Origin: Candidatus Eiseniibacteriota bacterium
Lineage (GTDB): Bacteria; ARS69
Direction: 5' to 3'
Length of the DNA: 17,836 nt
NCBI GenBank assembly: GCA_052390515.1
Contig: JBQTGV010000209.1
Location: forward strand, 1-17,836
Below, one piece after another: positions 7,512 to 14,220 of the stretch. The first letter of the stretch is position 1. Each line of letters begins with the position of its first letter. The notes below the pieces were generated by a model. The model was not told where the DNA came from and made no database searches. It was given only the letters and a program-made list of their open reading frames with translations. Made by a program: the position numbers and the translations under genes.

Positions 7512-8648
7512 ATGCGGGAACGTACACGCCGGATCGCGACGGCCGCCGCGCTCGCCCTCGCCTCGATCAGCGGACCGGCGCTCGCGCAGGATGCCGCGGT
7601 GGAGGAGGGCCCCGCGCTCGAGTTCCGCGCGAACGTGCCCTGGGCGCGCGTGGTGCTCGAGGGGGATCCCTCGATCGCGGGCGTTTCGCCGCTTCGCGTA
7701 CCGGGCCCGCTCGCCGGCAACCTGTGGCTGTACGCGGCGGGACCGGGGCTCGAGGAGCAGCGCGGGAAGGTCCGCGTCGTACTCGACGAGAACGGCTCGC
7801 ACATCGCGTCCTACGGGTCGCTGCCGTTTCGCCAGACGATGACGCGCGCCGTGCTGTACCCCGGCTTCGCCCCGCTGCGGGCACAGGAGCGGACCAAGGG
7901 GCTCACCATGGCGGCCGCCGCCACCGCGGGGCTGGTCCTCTCGCTGTGGGCCCACGACGACTATCGAGGCGCGCTGGACCGGCGCGAGTCGGCGGAGGCG
8001 GACCTGGCCGCCGCGCCCGACAGCACGCTGCCGGCGGCCCGGGAGGCCCTGCGCGGGGACCGGGCCGAGGAAGGGCACCTGCGCGATCGCCGTGATCTGT
8101 TCCTGAGCGCCACGGCGGCCGTGTGGGGAGTCAGCCTCGTCGACGCCCTCGTGTTCCGCCCGCGCTTCGACGTGACCGAAGCGGACGAGACGTCGCTCAC
8201 GGTGAGCCTCCGCCGGAAGTCGCGCGGGCAGGCCGTGGCGCGCTCGCTCTTCTTCCCGGGCCTCGGTCAGGCGTACAACGGGCAGCGCCGCAAGGGGTTC
8301 TGGGTCGCCCTGGGAGGCCTGGCGGCCGGGTCCTACGCGGTGTGGCGCATGGACGACGTCGCCCGTGCGGAGGCCCAGCTGCGTCAGGCCGAGGCCCGGC
8401 TCGCGGAGCTGGACACGCCCGAGAGCGAGGCGTTGCGGGACAAGAGCCTGGGCGACGTCGAGAACACCCGTAGCGAACGGGACACGGCCTTCAAGATCCT
8501 GGCGGGGTACTGGGGGCTCTCGCTGCTCGATTCCGTGCTCTCCTTCGAGGAGCCCTGGGGCACCGTCCCGGTCGGCGCCGAGCAGAGCGCGCTCCGCTGG
8601 CGCATCGATCCCGCGCGGGGCGTCGTCGCCGGCGAGCTGCGTTTCTGA
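7512..8648 (+). CDS. Exported/membrane hypothetical protein: signal peptide, possible PEGA-like domain, two DUF5683-like repeats
   Basis: MRERTRRIATAAALALASISGPALA-QD signal peptide; repeats RAVLYPGFAP...KG...VWGVSLVDA and RSLFFPGLGQAYNG...KG...YWGLSLLDS; RBS GGAGAGG before ATG 7512. Domain names are by recognition only. Confidence 0.7.
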   Translation: MRERTRRIATAAALALASISGPALAQDAAVEEGPALEFRANVPWARVVLEGDPSIAGVSPLRVPGPLAGNLWLYAAGPGLEEQRGKVRVVLDENGSHIASYGSLPFRQTMTRAVLYPGFAPLRAQERTKGLTMAAAATAGLVLSLWAHDDYRGALDRRESAEADLAAAPDSTLPAAREALRGDRAEEGHLRDRRDLFLSATAAVWGVSLVDALVFRPRFDVTEADETSLTVSLRRKSRGQAVARSLFFPGLGQAYNGQRRKGFWVALGGLAAGSYAVWRMDDVARAEAQLRQAEARLAELDTPESEALRDKSLGDVENTRSERDTAFKILAGYWGLSLLDSVLSFEEPWGTVPVGAEQSALRWRIDPARGVVAGELRF

Positions 8649-8668
8649 GCTGCTTCGGAACACACGAA

Positions 8669-8698
8669 TTGACAGCTTTCGGATCCCGGTGCTAGTCT
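8669..8698 (+). promoter_or_regulatory. Sigma70-type promoter for the sugar transferase
   Basis: TTGACA (8669-8674), 18-nt spacer ending in TGC (extended -10), TAGTCT (8693-8698), in intergenic DNA. Confidence 0.7.
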
Positions 8699-8778
8699 TT
8701 CGGTTCGCGAAGGCATCGGCAAGGTCCGGGTGGGGATGCGGCGGTCCTTCGCAACCCCGTTTCGCCCGGAGCGAGGCC

Positions 8779-9555
8779 GTGCGCGAGTCGGAAGTGCAAA
8801 GCAGCCGTTCTCCCGTATTCGTCGCCGCGAGCGTCGTCTCGGCGATGCCGGCGCCCCGTCTGGTCGCAGAACCCGTGCGGCCCGATCCTCTTCGCCGCAT
8901 CGTCGACGTCGTGGGCTCGGCCGTGCTCCTCGTTCTCTTCCTTCCGGTCATGGTCGCGATCGCCGCTTCGATCCGCGCCGGCTCGCGGGGCCCGATCTTC
9001 TACCGGCAGACGCGCGTGGGCATCAATCGACGCACCGGCATGGACCGCCGCGCGCCGGTCAGCCGTGCCGCGGGCCTCGATCGGCGCCGCATGGACCGTC
9101 GCACCATCGCCAGTGCCGGGAAGCAGTTCCGGATCGTCAAGTTCCGCACGATGGTGGAGGACGCGGAGGCCGAGACCGGGCCGCAGTGGGCGGCGAAGGG
9201 CGACGCTCGCGTCACCACGATCGGCCGGCTGCTCCGGCGTTACCGCCTCGACGAGCTTCCGCAGCTCGTGAACGTGCTCCGCGGCGACATGACGTTCATC
9301 GGCCCGCGTCCCGAGCGGCCCTTCTTCGTCGAGCGCTTCCGACGGCGGATTCCCGCGTACGCTGATCGATTGACGACGCTGCCCGGGATCACCGGTCTCG
9401 CGCAGGTGGAGCACAAGTACGACGAGACTGAGGAGGACGTGCGGCGCAAGCTCGAGTACGACCTCCGCTACATCCGGGAGAGGGGGCTGCTCACCGATCT
9501 GCGGATCTTGTGGCGGACGGTCATCGTCGTCCTCACCGGTGCCGGGGCGCACTGA
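8779..9555 (+). CDS. Priming sugar transferase (polyprenyl-phosphate phosphoglycosyl transferase, Bac_transf family)
   Basis: RRIVDV, GPIFYRQTRVG, KFRTM, GRLLRRYRLDELPQLVNVLRGDMTFIGPRPERP, PGITGLAQV, KLEYDLRY. Start uncertain: GTG 8779 (GGAG 7 nt upstream) or ATG 8845. Confidence 0.9.
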   Translation: MRESEVQSSRSPVFVAASVVSAMPAPRLVAEPVRPDPLRRIVDVVGSAVLLVLFLPVMVAIAASIRAGSRGPIFYRQTRVGINRRTGMDRRAPVSRAAGLDRRRMDRRTIASAGKQFRIVKFRTMVEDAEAETGPQWAAKGDARVTTIGRLLRRYRLDELPQLVNVLRGDMTFIGPRPERPFFVERFRRRIPAYADRLTTLPGITGLAQVEHKYDETEEDVRRKLEYDLRYIRERGLLTDLRILWRTVIVVLTGAGAH

Positions 9556-9619
9556 CCCCTGGTCCGCGTCCGACCAGCCACGTCGAGCATAGGTCCCGAA
9601 GCCTCCGCACCGCGCCGGC

Positions 9620-9648
9620 TTGACCCGGCTCTCCGACCGTGCTAGCGT
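9620..9648 (+). promoter_or_regulatory. Sigma70-type promoter for the STAS-GGDEF-epimerase-regulator unit
   Basis: TTGACC (9620-9625), 17-nt spacer ending in TGC, TAGCGT (9643-9648). Confidence 0.65.
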
Positions 9649-9703
9649 GCGCGCCGGAACTTCCAGTCAATACGTGACTTAGGACGAACCGCGCAGGGGA
9701 GCC

Positions 9704-10105
9704 TTGGAGCATTCCGTTCGGGACGTGGGGGACGTGACCGTCGTCACGATCCAGGGGAAGATCCTGGGCGGGCCGGAGTCCGAGGGCCTCCGGGTCGAGC
9801 TGGAGCGGATCGTGGGCGGCTCCTGCCGCCGGCTCCTGGTCGACCTCTCGGGCGTCCCGTGGATGAACAGCGCGGGGCTGGGGATCCTTCTCTCGGCCTA
9901 TGCCCGCATGCGGGAGCGGGGCGGGGACGTCCGCCTCGCCGGTGCGGGACCCCGGGTCCGAGATATCCTACGAACGACCAAACTCCTCACGGTTCTTGCC
10001 GTCCTGGACGATGAAGGGGCAGGAATTCGGAGCTTCGAGGCGGGTCCCTCCGCGGACCGGGAGGCCGGCGCCCGGGCAGGGGGCGTCCGTCCGGGCTCCG
10101 GGTGA
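9704..10105 (+). CDS. STAS-domain protein (anti-sigma factor antagonist, SpoIIAA/RsbV-like)
   Basis: VTVVTIQGKI, LLVDLSGVPWMNSAGLGILL with the phosphorylatable Ser, GGDVRL, VRDILRTTKL; TTG start after GGGGAG. Confidence 0.88.
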   Translation: MEHSVRDVGDVTVVTIQGKILGGPESEGLRVELERIVGGSCRRLLVDLSGVPWMNSAGLGILLSAYARMRERGGDVRLAGAGPRVRDILRTTKLLTVLAVLDDEGAGIRSFEAGPSADREAGARAGGVRPGSG

Positions 10106-10177
10106 GCCGAGCGGTCGTTCCCGAACCCGCCGGATCCCGCGCGGCATGCGCACTTCGACCCTCCGAGGGCGTGGGTG

Positions 10178-11218
10178 ATGGACCGTTCCGCCAGAGCAGC
10201 CGGTGACGCGGCGATGGCCGACCAGGCCCGCATCGTCGCGGAGCTGCTCGCGCTGCCGCCGCTCGGTCAGACCGGCCGCCTCAAGTATGCGGCGCTCCTG
10301 CAGGGCGCGGTGACTTTGCTCGGCGCGCAAGGGGCGACCGTCGGCTTCTGGGTCTCCCCGGGGGAGCTGCGGCGCTTCCGCGCGCGAGCCGGAGAAGGGG
10401 GAAGCGACGTGCACGAGGACGTCGGGGATCCCGGGCGCTCCGACGGCCCCGTCGCCACGGTGCTTCGCTCCGGCGGAGCGCGGCTACTGGGACCCGAGAC
10501 GCCGGCCGAACCGGGCGGCGAGTACCCCGGATTCCCCTCCGTCTCGCGCATCCTGCTCGGGCTGCGTCTTCGCGACGAGCCGCCTGCCCTGCTCAGCGTG
10601 CACCGCTTCGGCGGGACGCCGTTCGCGGCACCGGATCGCGAGAGGGCGGAGCTGCTCGCTCCGCTCTTCGCCACCGCGCTCGACAACCTGCGCCGCTTCT
10701 CCCGCGCCGAGGAGCTCTCCATCACCGACGGGCTCACCGGCGTGTACAACTACCGCTACTTGCGCAGCGCGCTGGACAAGGAAGTGGCGCGCGCTCGGCG
10801 CTTTCGCGAGAAGTTCTCCATCATCATGCTCGACGTCGATCACCTGAAGGAATACAACGACGTGCACGGCCACCTGCGAGGCAGCGAGGTGCTTCGCCGC
10901 CTGGCGGGCCTCGTCACCGCCGAGCTTCGCGGCGCGGACATCGTGGCCAAGTACGGCGGCGACGAGTTCGTGATCATCCTGCCCCAGACCGAGCGGCCCG
11001 GCGCGCGGATCCTGGCGGAGAGGATCCGCCGTTCGGTGGAGGCGCACGAGTTCCCCGGCGAGGACAAGGGAATGAAGATCACGTCGTCGATGGGGATCGC
11101 GCAGTTCCCCGAGGACGGCGAGGTCTCCCGCGACCTGCTGGATGCGGCGGACACGGCGCTCTACGAGGCGAAGCGGTCCGGGCGCAACCGGGTGTCGGCG
11201 GAGTCTCGATCCGCGTAG
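10178..11218 (+). CDS. GAF-like sensor GGDEF dinucleotide cyclase; candidate Hypr (3',3'-cGAMP-producing) enzyme
   Basis: TDGLTGVYNYRY, MLDVDHLKEYNDVHGHLRGS, I-site RGAD five residues before GGDEF, ADTALYEAKRSGRN; GAF-type exit helix PFAAPD...LATALDN-like. Start at GTG 10175 or ATG 10178. Confidence 0.9.
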   Translation: MDRSARAAGDAAMADQARIVAELLALPPLGQTGRLKYAALLQGAVTLLGAQGATVGFWVSPGELRRFRARAGEGGSDVHEDVGDPGRSDGPVATVLRSGGARLLGPETPAEPGGEYPGFPSVSRILLGLRLRDEPPALLSVHRFGGTPFAAPDRERAELLAPLFATALDNLRRFSRAEELSITDGLTGVYNYRYLRSALDKEVARARRFREKFSIIMLDVDHLKEYNDVHGHLRGSEVLRRLAGLVTAELRGADIVAKYGGDEFVIILPQTERPGARILAERIRRSVEAHEFPGEDKGMKITSSMGIAQFPEDGEVSRDLLDAADTALYEAKRSGRNRVSAESRSA

Positions 11219-11230
11219 GGAGGAGGAGGC

Positions 11231-12202
11231 GTGGCGAAGTTCCTCGTCACGGGGGGCGCCGGGTTCATCGGCTCCAACCTGGTGGATGCACTGGTGGCCG
11301 CGGGCGGCTCGGTGCGGGTGCTCGACGACTTCTCGAGCGGCCGGCGTGAGAACCTGGAGCGCGCCCGCTCGCGGGTCGATCTGATCGAGGGCAGCATCAC
11401 CGATCCGGACGCGGTCGCGCGGGCCATGCGCGGCGCGGACTACGTGCTGCACCACGCGGCCATCGCCTCGGTGCCGAAGTCGCTGGCCGATCCGGAGCTG
11501 GCCTATCGCACCAACGTGGAGGGCACGCTGAACCTGCTGGAAGCGGCCCGCCGCGAAACCGTGCAACGACTCGTGCTGGCCTCGTCCTCGGCGGTCTACG
11601 GCGACGGCGACGGCACGGATCCGGACGCGCCGCGCTCGGAGGAAATGTCTCCCGATCCGTTGTCACCGTACGCGGCCTCGAAGCTGGCCGGTGAGATCTA
11701 CTGCCGGCAGTACACGGCGTGCGGCTGGGTTCCGACGGTGTGCCTACGGTACTTCAACATTTTCGGGCCACGTCAGGACCCGGGGTCGGACTACGCCGCG
11801 GTCGTGCCCATCTTCATCCGCCGGCTGCTCGAGGGAAACCGCGCCGTGATCCACGGCGATGGGCTGCAGACGCGGGACTTCACCTACATCGAGAACGCCG
11901 TGCGCGCGAACCTGCTGGCGGTGGAGCGGGCGTCCGCGGTCGGCGGCGTGTTCAACGTCGGCTGCGGGCGGTCCTTCCGCGTCATCGACCTGTACCGGCG
12001 GATCGCGGACTTCTTCGAGTCCCGGCTGGAGCCGGTGCACGAGCCGGAGCGCGAGGGCGACGTGCGCAACTCCAGGGCCTCGATCGAGCTGGCGCGGGTG
12101 AAGCTCGGCTATCAGCCTTCAGTCGGCTTCGAAGAGGGTCTGGCCAACACCTGCTCGTGGTTCCGCGCGCATCCCGAGGCGGCCGGGGTGGCGGGCTCGT
12201 GA
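11231..12202 (+). CDS. NAD-dependent NDP-sugar epimerase/dehydratase (extended SDR; UDP-Glc/GlcNAc 4-epimerase-like)
   Basis: LVTGGAGFIGSNL, ASSSAVYG, catalytic YAASK, LRYFNIFGPRQDP, GDGLQTRDFTY, REGDVRNS; strong AGGAGG RBS. Confidence 0.92.
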   Translation: MAKFLVTGGAGFIGSNLVDALVAAGGSVRVLDDFSSGRRENLERARSRVDLIEGSITDPDAVARAMRGADYVLHHAAIASVPKSLADPELAYRTNVEGTLNLLEAARRETVQRLVLASSSAVYGDGDGTDPDAPRSEEMSPDPLSPYAASKLAGEIYCRQYTACGWVPTVCLRYFNIFGPRQDPGSDYAAVVPIFIRRLLEGNRAVIHGDGLQTRDFTYIENAVRANLLAVERASAVGGVFNVGCGRSFRVIDLYRRIADFFESRLEPVHEPEREGDVRNSRASIELARVKLGYQPSVGFEEGLANTCSWFRAHPEAAGVAGS

Positions 12203-13614
12203 GCTCGCCGGGCACCCTGGTCCTGGTCGTGGACGACGACCGCATGTTCCGTCGGATCCTCGAGTCCGGTCTGTCCGACATGGGGTTCCGCGTGGAGACG
12301 AACGATGGCGCCGGCGACGTTCCTGCGGTCGTCGCCTCCGCCGGGCCCGACGTCGTGCTCCTCGACCTGGAGCTCCCCGGTCAGACCGGCCTCGACGTGC
12401 TCGCGCGCTTCGCCGCCGCGAGGCTGGAAGTCCCGGTCATCATGGTGACCGGCACCGAGGACGTCTCCACCGCGGTCCGCGCCATGCGCACGGGTGCCTT
12501 CGACTACGTGACCAAGCCGGTCAACCTCGAGGAGCTGTCCGTCTCCATCGAGCGGGCCGTGGAGTCGGCGCGCGTCCTCCGCGAGCGGAACCTGTACCGG
12601 GACCGTTACGACCGCCGGTTCCGCGTGGTGGAGAGCCGGAACCCGGCGATGCGGCGCATCTACGAGCTCGCGCGGCGAGTGGCGCAGAGCCAGACCACGA
12701 CGGTGCTGATCCAGGGCGAATCGGGCACGGGCAAGGAGCACATCGCGAACCTCATTCACCAGGCTTCGCCCCGCAGCGACAAACCGTTCCTGGAGATCAA
12801 CTGCGCCAGCCTGCCCGACCCTCTGCTGGAGAGCGAGCTCTTCGGGCACGAGCGGGGTGCGTTCACCGACGCGTCGGAGCGCAAGCGCGGCCTCCTGGAG
12901 CTCGCCGACGGCGGCACCCTCTTCCTCGACGAGGTGGGGGAGATGGCGCTGCCCATCCAGGTGAAGATGCTGCGCGTGCTGGAGCGCATGTCGTTCCGGC
13001 GGGTCGGAGGAACCGAGGACATCCAGGTGTCCATCCGCATCATCTCGGCGACGAACCGGGACCTCGCGAAGGCGGTCGCGGAGGGGGAGATGCGCGAAGA
13101 CTTCTTCTTCCGGCTGAAGGTCGTGCCGATCGAGCTGCCGCCGCTTCGCCAGCGTCCGGAGGACTTCGCCCCGCTGGTGGAGAGCTTCCTGGAGGAGTTC
13201 TCGCATGCCTTCGGGCGCTCGTTCAGCGGCGTCTCCGGCGAGGCCATGCGGCTCATGCGCGCGTACGCCTGGCCGGGGAACATCCGCGAGCTTCGCAACT
13301 GCCTGGAGCGTGCCGTGCTTCTGCACGACGGGACGGAGCTGAGCGCGGAGATGCTCTCGATTCCGGGGAGCGGGCTTCCGGGGGATGAGCCGCTCGAGTT
13401 CCTGGAAGATCTGCGCGAGATCGGCGAGCGCGGAATCCCGGAGGCGGGCGTGGACTTCGAGCGCCTCGTCGGCTCCCTGGAGCGCTTCCTCATCTCCAAG
13501 GCGTCGGAGAAGGCGAGTTGGAACCAGAGCCTGGCCGCGCGCTACCTGCACCTGAACCGGGACAAGCTGCGCACGCGGATGAAGAACCACGGTCTCGGCC
13601 GCGGTTCGAGCTAG
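12199..13614 (+). CDS. Sigma54-dependent response regulator (canonical REC - AAA+ - HTH; NtrC/AtoC-like)
   Basis: REC: VVDDD, VVLLDLELP, IMVTG, YVTKP. AAA+: GESGTGKE, ESELFGHERGAFTDA, LFLDEVG, WPGNIRELRN. HTH NQSLAARYLHLNRDKLR. GTGA overlap with the epimerase. Confidence 0.92.
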   Translation: MSSPGTLVLVVDDDRMFRRILESGLSDMGFRVETNDGAGDVPAVVASAGPDVVLLDLELPGQTGLDVLARFAAARLEVPVIMVTGTEDVSTAVRAMRTGAFDYVTKPVNLEELSVSIERAVESARVLRERNLYRDRYDRRFRVVESRNPAMRRIYELARRVAQSQTTTVLIQGESGTGKEHIANLIHQASPRSDKPFLEINCASLPDPLLESELFGHERGAFTDASERKRGLLELADGGTLFLDEVGEMALPIQVKMLRVLERMSFRRVGGTEDIQVSIRIISATNRDLAKAVAEGEMREDFFFRLKVVPIELPPLRQRPEDFAPLVESFLEEFSHAFGRSFSGVSGEAMRLMRAYAWPGNIRELRNCLERAVLLHDGTELSAEMLSIPGSGLPGDEPLEFLEDLREIGERGIPEAGVDFERLVGSLERFLISKASEKASWNQSLAARYLHLNRDKLRTRMKNHGLGRGSS

Positions 13615-13679
13615 CACCCCACCGGCCGTCCCGCTTTTCCACTTTTGCGATCGAGCGCCTTTCCGTACCATCGCCGCCC

Positions 13680-14210
13680 ATGCGTTCGATCGCGGAGACG
13701 GCCCGGCTCCTGTCCGGCGCCCTCCTGCTCGGCATGCTCGCGGCGGGCTGCGCCGTGTACGGGTTCTCGTCGTCGCTCCTTCCCGGGCACATCAAGAGCG
13801 TCGCGGTGACGCTGTTCGACAACCGGACCGAGCGCGGGGACCTGGCCACGGCGCTCGCGGACTCGCTGACGGAAGCGTTCCTCTCCAACCACACGCTGCA
13901 AGTGGCGGGGGAGAAGGCGGCGGACTCGTGGGTGGAGGGAACCCTGCTGGAGTACCGTCGCCAGCCGTTCACGGTGGACGAGAACGAGCAGGTGCTGGAG
14001 TACAAGGTGGAGATCGCCGTGGAGGTGCGCTTCGTGGACGTCCGGAAGAACCAGGTGATCTGGGAGGATCCGCGGCTCGTGCAGTGGGCCATCTACCAGT
14101 TCGCGCCGGGTCCTACGGGAGAGCAGCCCGAAACAGAAGAGACCGGAATCGGCCGGGTCATGGCGAAGCTGACCGATGACATCCTGAACCGCACCGTCGA
14201 GGGTTGGTGA
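13680..14210 (+). CDS. lptE: LptE-family outer-membrane lipoprotein (LPS assembly)
   Basis: Lipobox LAAG-C, then [42 protein letters not shown]; adjacent to leuS as lptE often is. Confidence 0.75.
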   Translation: MRSIAETARLLSGALLLGMLAAGCAVYGFSSSLLPGHIKSVAVTLFDNRTERGDLATALADSLTEAFLSNHTLQVAGEKAADSWVEGTLLEYRRQPFTVDENEQVLEYKVEIAVEVRFVDVRKNQVIWEDPRLVQWAIYQFAPGPTGEQPETEETGIGRVMAKLTDDILNRTVEGW

Positions 14211-14220
14211 CGAGGCGAAC

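Noticed and set aside
8560-8648. TVPVG near the C-terminus of the 7512 protein as a PEP-CTERM-like sorting signal
   Set aside because: No PEP motif, and it is not followed by a transmembrane helix and basic tail.
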